Shown one piece after another: positions 37,242 to 48,899 of a stretch of 64,000 bases of DNA. The stretch covers positions 19,922-83,921 of the forward strand of contig NIVC01003669.1 of the NCBI GenBank assembly GCA_002269645.1, written 5' to 3'. The stretch's first letter is position 1, and each line of letters begins with the position of its first letter. Origin of the DNA: Macrostomum lignano (Eukaryota). Below the pieces are notes generated by a model, which had not been told where the DNA came from, searched no databases, and saw only the letters and a program-made list of their open reading frames with translations. The position numbers and the translations under genes are program-made.

Positions 37242-38876
37242 CAGTGCTAGGCAAGTTTATCAATTTTTTTAACTCGTTAAAAGTTAAAAAGTTAATTTAA
37301 TTGCTCCAAAATAATTAATTGTAACTAGTTAATTATTTAACTTTTGCCCAAACTTTAACTTCTAAAAAGTTAAAAGTTAAAGTTAATAATTCCCTAACAG
37401 AAAAAGTGACATTTTCATGGACATGTGTTCGGTGTGTTTTTTAAATTTCAGGTTGGTGCGGCGCGGCTGTGGCCAGGTCGCGGCGCACTGGGGAGCTTGT
37501 CAGGGAATACTCCCCTGGGAATTAGACCGGGGACCCTGGGGAGAAAAAAAGCATTTTTAACTAAATTTTTGCCATTTAAATAAGAAAATATTCACAGAAA
37601 GCTGATTGAAACTCTGTCTATGCTTTTTTACCATAAAACTGCTTATTTTAATGTATTATTTCAAACACAACACAAATTTGAATGGGGGGGTTCATAAGAC
37701 CCAAATTTCACAACGCCGAAACACCATACTTCACAAGACTGAAACTTCATAAGACCAAAATTTCACATTGTAGAAAACTTTACAATAAGGATTGTATTGC
37801 ATGCAGAATTTTTGGCGTTGTGAAATTTCGGTCTTATGAAATTAGCAACCCGTTTGAATGTTTTTTTTTTCACTATGAGTCTTTCAATCAAGCAAATTGA
37901 ATGTACGAGCATAGAAACCTGTCAGGAAAAAGAAGCCTTACTGACTATTGTGTTGGTCTACGTTGATGGCTTGACACATTTGACGCAGACACAGCGCCAT
38001 ATCCTGTGTCAGTCACTGACGCATAGGGGGGTGTCATACAATCACAAAATACTCCGTATTAGACAGACAAAATGGTGATTTACATGTATCTGCAAGAAAT
38101 TAAAATTCCAATTATAAAAACAGTCTCATTCATTAATTATCCTCCCATGAGTGCAGCTGCTGAGTATGCATTTTCTGCCTCTGGAGTCTGGACCCTTTCT
38201 GATAAAGGTGCGGACACGATTTGGTGATGCCATGTTGTCAAATACAGTTTTAAACAAACATTGCTTAAAGTTTTTACCCTTGCGCCTTGAATATGTAGTC
38301 CATCCAAAGCTTTAATCAAAGTTTAAAAAATGCCACTTAGTGACTTATAAAGATCTAAGTTATCGGCCGTTTTTTACTTATTTTTTTCCCCGGGGTTCCC
38401 AGGGAATGACAGTAAATTCCCCAGGTCCCCAATAAGAAAATTCCCTGGGGAATCGACATCCCTATGTACAACGATAACTTCTAGTAGTCCTTGGGTAGAA
38501 TATCAATAGATAATAGTTGAAGATTCCAGAATCTTCCGGAATATTCTATACATTATAACTTGTAACTGAAATATATACATGTAATAGTTTGTGATGCATT
38601 AAATAATGCTTAGAAAGGCAAAGTTATTTTATGTATGTATTAATTTTACTTTTTAATGGCATACAAGCTGTTGAAACCCGCGGATTTTGAACCCGGGGAA
38701 CTACATTTCCCGGAATTATTAACTTTTGTCATTTAACTTTAACTTACAGAAAAAATTTTATGATTTTTGTTAACTAGTTAATACATAAAAAATTTAACGA
38801 AAATTTAACGATTTTTTAAAAAATTTAACTAGTTAATTAACTAGTTAAACAATTAACTAGTTAATGCCCAGCACTG
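37242..38876. mobile_element. Non-autonomous hAT-type element (1635 bp) with nested inserts
   Basis: TIR CAGTGCT(A/G)GGCA; subterminal TTAACTAGTTAA repeats; TSD ATTATATC, right copy split by a later insertion. Confidence 0.8.
37691..37840. mobile_element. Small foldback/MITE nested in the hAT element
   Basis: ~31-bp inverted repeat TTCATAAGACC(C/G)AAATTTCACAACGCC. Confidence 0.6.
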
Positions 38877-38882
38877 ATTATA

Positions 38883-40571
38883 GGGTTATTCCATGATAGG
38901 GTCATCAAAGGTATAGAAATTTTTTTAAAAAATTATTTGCAAATGTGAATATTTCATTTTGCATATAATTATGTATAGTTTCATTTTTATGTAGTTTCAT
39001 ACACATTTATCTACCTCTAGGTATATATATTTTGTTTTGATCATGGTACCCTTACAAGATTTTAAATGTCCCGCGGGACATTATAAAAAGTTTAATCTAG
39101 TTTTCAATAAGAAAAAAAGTTAATCAACATAATGCATCAAGTGCATAAATAATAAAAATCTTTCTTTCTTATATCTAAAGACTGAAATTATAAAATTTTA
39201 TGATCTAATATAGTTCTATCTATCATAATTTTTTATTTCAAAAAGTTTGACTTCCCTTTTTTAAGTGTTAAAAACGACCATCATTTTTTTTTTACAAAAA
39301 GTTGTTGTACTAATTTTCAAGAGGTTTATAAGTTGATAATTTTTTGCTAAAATATTTTCTGAGCCTATATTTAAGTTTATAGTCATTTTTGTTAGTTTAT
39401 GATAAGTGTAACATGCTAAAAAAACCCTGCAAAGTTACCTAACGACCATCATTTTCTGGTATTCTGAAATTTGTTGATCTTCATAAAACCTGAATTACTA
39501 TCATTTATTCCTAAATTTTATACAAAAAACTGAATTTACTGATATTCTAAAATCATGTATTTTTTAATGTGAATTACTTATTCAATTTCTCTTTCAAAGT
39601 TTTTACAGTTTTGATTGTAAAGAAAAATATAGTGGAATTCAAGTCTTTTATTAAAAATGTATACTGTCAATTACTTGTTTGATACCTTAAAATCATTTTC
39701 AACCTGCACTATTAAAAAGGTTGTTCCAATTACTAACCATGCACCTAGAACTCTCCACTTTAGTTTGCAATGCACCTTAACACATGCCCCAATCTTCAGC
39801 ATAAGTAGTCTAACTAGACTCAAGTTTTTACTATCCATTGGTGCTACTGCTTATTGCCTAACAAATAATCTGTATTTGCCTTTGGTTTTGTTAATTGTTA
39901 TATTCTATTCTTTGAATTCTTGAATAGATTAGGACTGTCCATCTTTATGATCATATGTTGAGTTGTGCAATCATGAAGTGATGTTTTTGTTGAAGGTGCA
40001 TAAGTACATTTGATCTGAAATGTGAAACAGGTATAATAAATTTTATGGTTAGACAAGCAAGTTATAGTTTTTATATGAACAACTATGGATTATAAACAAT
40101 CTTTTAACCAAGATTGTATCTAAAAATAGAGAATCCTAATACACTTTTTAAAACTGAAGGTCGTTTTTTTGAAACAAACGACCGTCAGTCAACGACCGTC
40201 ATTTAAGAAAAAATGTGCAACACAGTTAAAGTTATCTACTAAAATGTAATAATTGTTTGTAACCATTCATCTAGCTATTGTTTACTACAATTAATGATCA
40301 ATTGAGACAAAAACTTGCCTGATTCGCAGGAATCTTAAACTTAAGTTATAAAGTTAGATACATAAACTTTCACCAAAAACAACCGTCATCAAAAGTTTCT
40401 CTCTGCTAAATCAACACAGTAAGACAAATGACTTTAAAATGTATCTCATCTTAATCTAGAGGTCACGCCCATAAATATAGAACTCACAAAGTCTCAATTT
40501 AGTTTGTCTTTTGTATGATTACTGATTAATATTTTCTCCAACCCAACGACCGTCATCTCGTGGAATTACCC
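38883..40571. mobile_element. Non-autonomous TIR DNA transposon with 4-bp TATA TSD (Sola-like)
   Basis: TIR GGGT(T/A)ATTCCA(T/C)GA; TATA on both flanks; internal AACGACC(A/G)TCAT repeats; superfamily is inference. Confidence 0.7.
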
Positions 40572-40633
40572 TATATCACAACAGGCTTTTAATATATAAG
40601 CCAAGCCTTATTGGCTAAATTGAGGGTCTAATC

Positions 40634-41184
40634 AATTTCATGAAAGGCAGTGCTTATCCCTATGGTACCGTAGGAATAATTTCTATCTTATTCCAACAGT
40701 ACTGTGAGAATAATTTTCTGCTTATCTGCATGGCACACTGACGAGATAGCTGTCCCATCTTCTACATATGCGGATATGCTGTGGGAATAATTTAGTTTAG
40801 TACTTACGGTTTGAGTGCAGTATAACAACATAACTTTGTTTGACAATTTGTTTAATAGAAATAAAGATTTAATGGCCTTTTATGCAAAAAATGCTAGTCG
40901 TGGTGTTGATCTAGATCAATAGCTTCTTAGTATCCTCAATTCAAATTCCCTTTCAAAAAGCTATAAACTATTCACATTAATAGCATATATATGTAGAAAA
41001 TATGGCAGTTATCTCGTCAGTGTGCCATGCGGATAAGCAGAAAATTATTCCCATGGCATATGTAGAAGATAGGGTAGCTATCTTGTCAGTGTGCCATGCA
41101 GATATGCAGAAAATTATTCCCACAGTACTGTTGGAATAAGACAAATACTGTGCTATGTGGATAAGCATTGCCTTCATGAAAATT
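40634..41184. mobile_element. Foldback element with ~130-140-bp imperfect inverted arms
   Basis: aatttcatgaa..cttatcc..ttattccaacagtactgtg..gcatggcacactgac..ttctacatatgc is mirrored at ~41057-41184, with an extra partial arm at ~40985-41055. Confidence 0.65.
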
Positions 41185-42584
41185 GGTTGAGCTATTTTTC
41201 TGGAGTCAATTACATATATACTTAACCAAATTAGATAGATACAACTCATTCTTAGCATATAGGATAGGCCCTACAATACAATTATGCCCATATCAACAAA
41301 ATAATAAATAATTTGTAGGCATAACTGTGCTATTTCTTTTCATTTGTTTCTATTTTCATTTTCATTTTCATTTCTTTGTTGATTTATAAATTTTTGTAAA
41401 ACTTTAGCCACCATATATTTTTTAAATGTAAGCCATAGGGTGTACTGAAAAAAGGTTTGAGAAAATTATTTAAGCCAATTAAGTCAAAGGCAACAGTTGA
41501 GTTGATTTTTCATAGCAATGATAATGCTGAAGATGCAACATTTACTAAAGCAATTTATAAGCTAATAAATGTAATTGTAAAATGGAAAGCTTCAGATTTC
41601 CTGGGTTTACTTCTAAACGTCAGTTCGAAAAAATGTAACCAACAAGTCCCAGTCACTATACACCCAAGTGCTATAGGCTCGTTGATTCCTGTAAACTACT
41701 TGACAAGGTGTATTTTTAAAATAATGCACGTGCACTGTGATTAAAACAAATTTAGTTTAGTTTAATTTTATTAAAATTTAGAAAGGAAAAATAAAGATAG
41801 CAGTCAATTAGTTACTATTGTTACTAGAAAAATACATATTTATAAAAAAATTTCTGTTAGTGCAGGACAAAATATTTTTTAAGAATAATACCTTCAAAGA
41901 GCTCTTGAGAGCAATTCTACATTTAGCTATGCATGCATCAAAGATATTTTCCATGCATCAAGTAACATATACATAAAATAAAATGTAGCTCGTATATGCG
42001 AATGAAGTCGTCCTTTGTGTTACAGTGAATTAATTGGCTTTAATCTGATCAATGATCATATATTATACTTCAAATGGTTCCACCATAAATAAAATTCTCG
42101 ACGTGCCCATGGGGTCGCTTTCGCATACTATAGAAATTTCACATTGTCGAAGACAGCAAATTCATAAGCTTGAGCTTCAAAAGCCTGAAATTTCGAAATT
42201 TCCAATCGTCATATATAGTTGTTTATTGTTAAAGTTGTGAGCTAGCGAAAGTGACTAGGCTATAGCAAATGTTCGACAATGTTAATTTTTTTATTTGACT
42301 TCCTATACGATGAGACATTTCAAAATTTCCAGAATAGATACAGTTGAGGAGCTCAACTGCAGATCATTCAATGAATGGAATTGAAGTTGCATGTGGTACG
42401 TGTACAATTATGTACGTACAAATGTACACATACATATGTAGAACGCCGTTTAGTCAAGACTGAGCGAGGGCACTGCATGTCCACGACAATATCATTTATT
42501 CAGTATCATTTATTTATTCAACAATTACTTGACTGTGAGAGCATAGCCAGTGTGTAAATATAGTTCACATACAATTGCTATATT

Positions 42585-43421
42585 AGGTCGTATGAATAAA
42601 ATGAGCAATACCTTGCGAGTTCAAGCTTAAACGCTGAGACTGAGCTACTGCTCAGGTCTGAGATTTTGCTCCGAGTCGGAGCATCTGCTCAAGGTCAGTA
42701 TGAATAAAGTTGGGACTCCTAGTCAGAGTTCAGACTTTTGGTCTCAGAGCTGTAACTCCAATATTGCGATACTTTAAACCATAGACAAATGTTGTTTTCT
42801 AAGAGTATGCTACGAGTATATGCTTTGTGTTTTATGCAGAATCCTTCTTTCTGTTTTCCCCTTGTGGCTTCTTTATAATCGGTTAAGTCTGTGCATCAAA
42901 TCACGAATGAAGCCGGCATCAGCGCACCGCCTCTTGTCTCTGTGCTGCCGTTCAGAAAGCGCGTGGCCAGATACTGCACGTTGGTGCGAGAAAATCGGTA
43001 GAGTCGACCATACTCCGTGTCTCTAGTCAAGTCGGAAGATCGGCGCTCCGGATAAAACTTCCGTCGAGCGGGAGCACGTGCAGCAAAGAACTCAGCCATA
43101 CTGCCAAAGAACTCAGTCAAAGAACATCAGCAACTAGAAAGCGTTAGTTACAGCAACCAGTAGAGTATAGATGGCTGAGGCAGGCAGAGGGCTGCCTCAA
43201 CATTTTGTGAGTTGCAGCTCAGAAAAGATTGTCTATGGCCCGAGTTTATTCATACAGACCGGAGAGTTTGCTCAGCCCCGGATTTTTTCGCTGACACTCG
43301 GAGCAACAACTTTCAAGTCAAAACTCATGAGCTGTTGCTCGGAAGTCACTGCTCCGTTTTTTCATACTGACTTGAGATTTTGTGCGAGTCTGAGCAATTG
43401 CTCATTTTATTCATACGGCCT
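42585..43421 (-). mobile_element. Internally deleted PIF/Harbinger-type element (837 bp) with a transposase N-terminal remnant
   Basis: 25-bp TIR AGG(T/C)CGTATGAATAAAATGAGCAAT; 3-bp ATT flanks; ORF 42896-43120 with EYGRLYRFSRTNVQYLA..ETRGGAL resembles Harbinger DDE_Tnp_4 N-termini (from memory). Confidence 0.72.
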
Positions 43422-43772
43422 ATTGGAATCGAGGAGGAGGGCTCGAGCTAATTTATTTGAAATTAAATTGAAAATCAAGTTGTTCGTCATGATTCGTCAA
43501 ATTTCTTATAATGTAATTCATCTACAGGTTATACTTTAGTTCATTCAGCCGCTTTTTCATCTATTAGGCGTAGGGAAAGATATAAATACTACTGTAGAGC
43601 CGCCCGTACAGCAATCCGACTTCGGGTAAACGTCGACGGACGTCGGAATGTTGCTCAGGCTTAATTGGACGCAGATGCAAAGTTATACGCGCGTAAATAA
43701 TTAAAAACGGCTGCAAACATGTACATTTGCATGTTAATTTTCTCAAAACGCCATATGGATTAAGTCCAAGTC

Positions 43773-44202
43773 CTAGGGTGCCGCTTTCGACTGCTTTATC
43801 TCCAATGCCCGGGAATTCGGCGGGGTTTTGGCCACATCGTAGGCGCTCAGCCGGCTTATAATTGTCTCGAGCTCTGCTTTGGTGACGCCCGGCTTTCCCT
43901 GACTGCCACCGTTCGAGCCCCGATAGAAATCGTAGCGATTCTGTCCCAGCTCGTGTCGACCGACCCGCGACTCCACGGGCCAGCGGCTGAAGTCGCACTG
44001 CTGCAGCCGGTTGAAAATCTCTCGAGCCTCGGCTTCGCTCACTGTCCGGTGGCTGTGCTTTGGCTGCTGCTGGTTGTCATTTCGACGAACGTCCTGGCGT
44101 AGGCGCTGAACTATGGCGTCAACATCGGCTGCTGAACGCTTTTGCTGCTGCTGCTGCTGCTGGTCCTGAGATGATGACTCATCTTCTACATGATAGTCGT
44201 AC
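43773..44202 (-). CDS. Exon 2 of an uncharacterised ~170-aa protein
   Basis: ttcacag|G TAC GAC..; open frame with polyQ, in frame with track ORF 43773..44042; TAG stop. Confidence 0.75.
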
Positions 44203-44329
44203 CTGTGAAATTTACATGCAGGCTATCGGACGATTTTGACATAATTTAGTGCAGCTGCATATAAGCTGTGATCATTGAAGCATGTGAAAGTATTCACAGC
44301 AAATTGTGGCGCCAGAATCCATAAATTTC

Positions 44330-45450
44330 AGGCGCTCTAAGCACAACACTGACCCAACTATCTAACGCTCTAAGCACAACACTGACCCAACTATCTAACG
44401 CTCTAAGCACAACACTGACCCAACTATCTAACGCTCTAAGCACAACACTGACCCAACTATCTAACGCTCTAAGCACAACACTGACCCAACTATCTAACAC
44501 TCTAAGCACAACACTGACCCAACTATCTAACGCTCTAAGCACAACACTGACCCAACTATCTAACGCTCTAAGCACAACACTGACCCAACTATCTAACGCT
44601 CTAAGCACAACACTGACCCAACTATCTAACGCTCTAAGCACAACACTGACCCAACTATCTAACGCTCTAAGCACAACACTGACCCAACTATCTAACACTC
44701 TAAGCACAACACTGACCCAACTATCTAACGCTCTAAGCACAACACTGACCCAACTATCTAACGCTCTAAGCACAACACTGACCCAACTATCTAACGCTCT
44801 AAGCACAACACTGACCCAACTATCTAACACTCTAAGCACAACACTGACCCAACTATCTAACGCTCTAAGCACAACACTGACCCAACTATCTAACGCTCTA
44901 AGCACAACACTGACCCAACTATCTAACGCTCTAAGCACAACACTGACCCAACTATCTAACGCTCTAAGCACAACACTGACCCAACTATCTAACGCTCTAA
45001 GCACAACACTGACCCAACTATCTAACGCTCTAAGCACAACACTGACCCAACTATCTAACGCTCTAAGCACAATACTGACCCAACTATCTAACGCTCTAAG
45101 CACAATACTGACCCAACAACTATCTATCTAACGCTCTAAGCACAATACTGACCCAACTATCTAACGCTCCAAGCAGAATACTGACCCAACTATCTAACGC
45201 TCCAAGCACAACACTGACCCAACTATCTAACGCTCTAAGCACAACACTGACCCAACAACAATCTATCGAACGCTCTAAGCACAACACTGACCCAACTATC
45301 TAACGCTCTAAGCACAACACTGACCCAACTATCTAACGCTCTAAGCACAACACTGACCCAACTATCTAACGCTCTAAGCACAACACTGACCCAACTATCT
45401 AACGCTCTAAGCACAACACTGACCCAACTATCTAACGCTCCAAGCACAAT
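44330..45450. repeat. 33-bp highly homogeneous minisatellite in the intron of the 170-aa gene
   Basis: tctaacgctctaagcacaacactgacccaacta. Confidence 0.95.
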
Positions 45451-45652
45451 ACTGAGACAACAATCTACTTAATAAGTTGATTTGCTGTTCTACATAATCC
45501 TAACCAAACTACGAGTATTTAACGCTCCCAAACTCAACTCGGGCCCAACCCAAGCTATGACCCTATCGGAACTCCATCCTTAACCCAGCAATCTGCAAAG
45601 CCGATGCTGCACCACCTGCACCCTAGATGATAGCGCCACTGCCAAATCGCAC

Positions 45653-45735
45653 CTGCCAAACTGAAGCTGTCGTCGATGCTTCCTGGATTCTGGCGGACTC
45701 TTCTTGTCGCTGCTCAGCCTCTCGTATACTGACAT
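45653..45735 (-). CDS. Exon 1 of an uncharacterised ~170-aa protein (MSVYERLSSDKKSPPESRKHRRQLQFG)
   Basis: ccgccATG Kozak context; ag|gtgcga phase-2 donor matches the exon 2 acceptor. Confidence 0.65.
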
Positions 45736-47026
45736 GGCGGCTAAAGGAAATTCAAATTGAGCTCTTGGACAAAAAACTTTTTTGTTTTATAGCCGTTTTT
45801 GCGTAGTCCAACTTGAAATAAGATTGCCTGAGACTTGAGACCCCCATTGGTGCTAATTACTCAAACTGTGTCGTTAAAAAAGTTTTCTATGTAGTCTGGT
45901 GTATGGCTTCACCATGCACCGAGTTTCTGTGTGTGTGCTCAACAGTCCTCAAACTGCGCACTGAAGTGTCTAGCAATTATTTGCCTATCGTTCTCCACTG
46001 CTCACTTCAAAAGCAGCCTTCAAACGGGGGCAGCCACAACGACTACCACAAAGATCGAGTGAGTTCGTGCAAAAGGCTACCCGAACTCGGGTACAGAAGG
46101 CAGAATACTCAAACCCTCTCATTGCATCGGGCATCGTTAAGCACGAATTTAATGAACTGCCTGCATGGCGAATAAGTGGACCGGCCTGTCTTCTAAAAGC
46201 AATTTTATCGCAGCTTTTGAGCAGCAGAGCACTAAATGCCGGCCTCTATAAAATAATTATTATGGCTCTATCATGCACTTAGAGCAGTGAACTAGTACAG
46301 CAGTACACTTCCTAGGCTTAGCCTTGGATATGACGAACATTTATCACCCATATCGCACACATTATCTGCATCTTTTTAGGCTTTTAAACTTATGCGACTG
46401 CATTGGGCTTCGAAATGCACTTTTATCTAGTAAGCTAAGAACTTACGAGCTAGTAACAGACAAATGAGAACTGTCCATTCTGGACAACTGGACAAACAAT
46501 TGAATTATTTATTTTTGTTCCCCGGGTTTGGTCTGCGATCGGTGAGTGCTTGCTTGAGCAGGTGTGCACCGGTGCTTGGAGGAGGCGACTGGGGGTTGGT
46601 TGGGAGTAGAAACAAATATTTGTACGAGGAAACTTCTCCTGCTAGATTAGACGCAGGGAGTTTGGGTGGAGCTTGACTGGTGCAACGGGTAGCAACTACA
46701 GGTGAGTTGCCTGTTCACAGATGCCATTCAAACTTATATGCAGCTAAAAACCCACTTTTTACGAAAATCGAAATTCTCTTAATTAATTATGATAAAGGAA
46801 AAGAGTGGAAAAATTACAATTACATTGTGAATGGCTAATGAAACAGAAATTGCAATTGCAATGCAAATCAATTTAAAAAATTACAGAACAGGGGGGGGCA
46901 CTATGATAATAACGAAAAATCAATATCTCAATAAATAAATAATGAAAATTAATCTAGGAATTCAGGGTGCAGCATAACCTAGAATTATCGGTTTGGTGTT
47001 TAGTGACAAAAGAATTATGTCAATAT

Positions 47027-47206
47027 CAGGGACTACTCAAACACCGGGACGGGAAACTAAATTTTTTATACGAGGCTGGCTGGCAATTATTTTCATTAGA
47101 GAGATGCTGTGTTACTTTTTTGTCTATGGTTATTTTCTACTGCTGATGATAGACCAGCCTCGTAAAAAAATCCTAGTTTCCCGTCCCGGTGTTTGAGTAG
47201 TCCCTG
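47027..47206. mobile_element. hAT-type MITE (180 bp)
   Basis: 33-bp perfect TIR CAGGGACTACTCAAACACCGGGACGGGAAACTA, extending imperfectly to ~52 bp; perfect 8-bp TSD GTCAATAT. Confidence 0.92.
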
Positions 47207-47439
47207 GTCAATATATAACAAATATTGTTGGATGTTGAGGTATTAACGATGTGTGATGTACATGCAGCTGCTATTTATAGAGAAGCCAATGACTTCAAAG
47301 CATTGAGTCATGTAAATCGAATGACCGGGGCCAAGCATATACACAATATATAGTGATAAATGGATAGATTGATAGATGTAAAGACAGCAATAATATTTCC
47401 ATTAATTTTCATTTTGAGTGCGAGTGTTTTAAGGTGAGG

Positions 47440-47712
47440 TTTTGGGGTAGTGGTCTTTGGGGTGGCGGTCTATGGGATGGTAGTCTATTGGGTGGCGGTC
47501 TATAGGGTGGCAGTCGATGGGGTGGCGGTCTATGGGGTGTGCGGTCGATGGGGTGGCGGTCTATGAGGTGGCGGTCGATGGGGTGGCGGTCGATGGGGTG
47601 GCGGTCGATGGGGTGGCGGTCGATGAGGTGGCGGTCGATTGGGTGGCGGTCTATGAGGTGGCGTTCGATGGGGTGGCGGTCGATCGGGTGGCGGTCTTTG
47701 GACTGGCGGTTT
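47440..47712. repeat. 15-bp minisatellite
   Basis: ggggtggcggtcgat. Confidence 0.9.
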
Positions 47713-47834
47713 TTGGCTGCTTATTTACAAAGGCAATTCGTAAGTACTTTAGCGATGTAAATCCTCATTCGCACTGCCTCAGCTACTTTGAACAATCCAT
47801 CGCTAAGAAATAAGTAATTATTAATCTCAATCAG

Positions 47835-48785
47835 TCACACTCTGCAGGTGTCCTCTCTGACCAGCTGTCGCGACTCGCTCGCACCTCGCGATCTGGCCTC
47901 CAGGCCGATGCCGCTGCTGGCCTCATCTCGCTGGCCGCACCCGAAGCAGCAGGAGAACAGCTCGGCCGCCTCCCTGCGGAACAGCGGATTCCCGACGCAG
48001 TAGAGCAGAAAGTTGCAGCAGTGATTGGCGAACTGCAGCATCAGCAAGGCTGTCCAGACCACCCTGTATGAGTAGTAGTCGCTCTCTGACAGACTGTCCG
48101 ACTGGGGATGCGGGCCGCCCAGGCAGGTAAGGTAGAGCTTCACTGGCGATGTCAAAGCAACGAATGCGAAGCTGGTGAGCAGCAGCATGACGGTGGTTCG
48201 GTAGTTGGCCAGCTTGGACTGGCCGGAGCCGAGCATTGAGTCCCGGCGTACGGCCCTCAGCTTAACCAAAATGCACGCATTGCAGCCCAGAATGATTAGG
48301 AACGGTCCAAAAGCGGTGAGCGCCAGGTCTATCTGAGGGAACACTCGCTCGACAAAGTACTGATAGTCCTCGGAGTTCTCGCAAGATCTGCGCCAGCCCA
48401 GTGGTGCGGTGGAGTTCACGACTAGATTCCGGGTGACCAGAAAGTGCAAATTGCAGCCTACAAGGCAGACGAATCCTGTGGACATGATGATTGCCAGTCC
48501 GCGTCTAGACACTAGGAACGCTCGCGCCCAGTTGCCAGGGGAGATGCACACAGCGGCGAATCGCTCCACGGCTACTAGAGCTACCAACCAGGAGGCCACC
48601 ATCAGGCTGAGGTAGAGTGACAGTTCGTGCAGCTTGCAGCACAAGCCGCAGGTCACCTGAGGATCCAATGCGTTGCCGAAGCGACTTTTAAAGTAGGCCG
48701 CCTTGCGCAGCCAATGACGCAACGGTCCGGTAAGAAGGGCCAGAGAGTCTACGATTGCCAGGACCGAAAGTGGAAGATGCACCAC
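47835..48785 (-). CDS. Rhodopsin-class (FMRFamide-receptor-like) GPCR, exon 2 (TM2-TM7)
   Basis: LAIVDSL (TM2), C in ECL1/TM3, AVERF (TM3), PF.IILGCN (TM5), FVALTSP (TM6), NHCCNFLLY (TM7), FRRE helix 8. Confidence 0.88.
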   Translation of the reverse strand: MVHLPLSVLAIVDSLALLTGPLRHWLRKAAYFKSRFGNALDPQVTCGLCCKLHELSLYLSLMVASWLVALVAVERFAAVCISPGNWARAFLVSRRGLAIIMSTGFVCLVGCNLHFLVTRNLVVNSTAPLGWRRSCENSEDYQYFVERVFPQIDLALTAFGPFLIILGCNACILVKLRAVRRDSMLGSGQSKLANYRTTVMLLLTSFAFVALTSPVKLYLTCLGGPHPQSDSLSESDYYSYRVVWTALLMLQFANHCCNFLLYCVGNPLFRREAAELFSCCFGCGQRDEASSGIGLEARSRGASESRQLVREDTCRV

Positions 48786-48899
48786 CTTGTTTGTTTGGGA
48801 GTGTGGGCGTTTTTGCATTCATTTGAGCTTCACCATTGTATGATGAGCTTCACACAACAATAAAAACAGCAGAAATTGTCAGGGAAGACAGTAAAGATA

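Noticed and set aside
38137-38319. Peptide with EAENAYSAAA, faintly like the hAT dimerisation motif
   Set aside because: Too short and degenerate to call as a transposase fragment without a profile search.
45944-46056. Possible + strand exon (aacag ... ga|gtgagt)
   Set aside because: Splice-like signals only, with no recognisable product or partner exon; may be promoter DNA of the divergent 170-aa gene.
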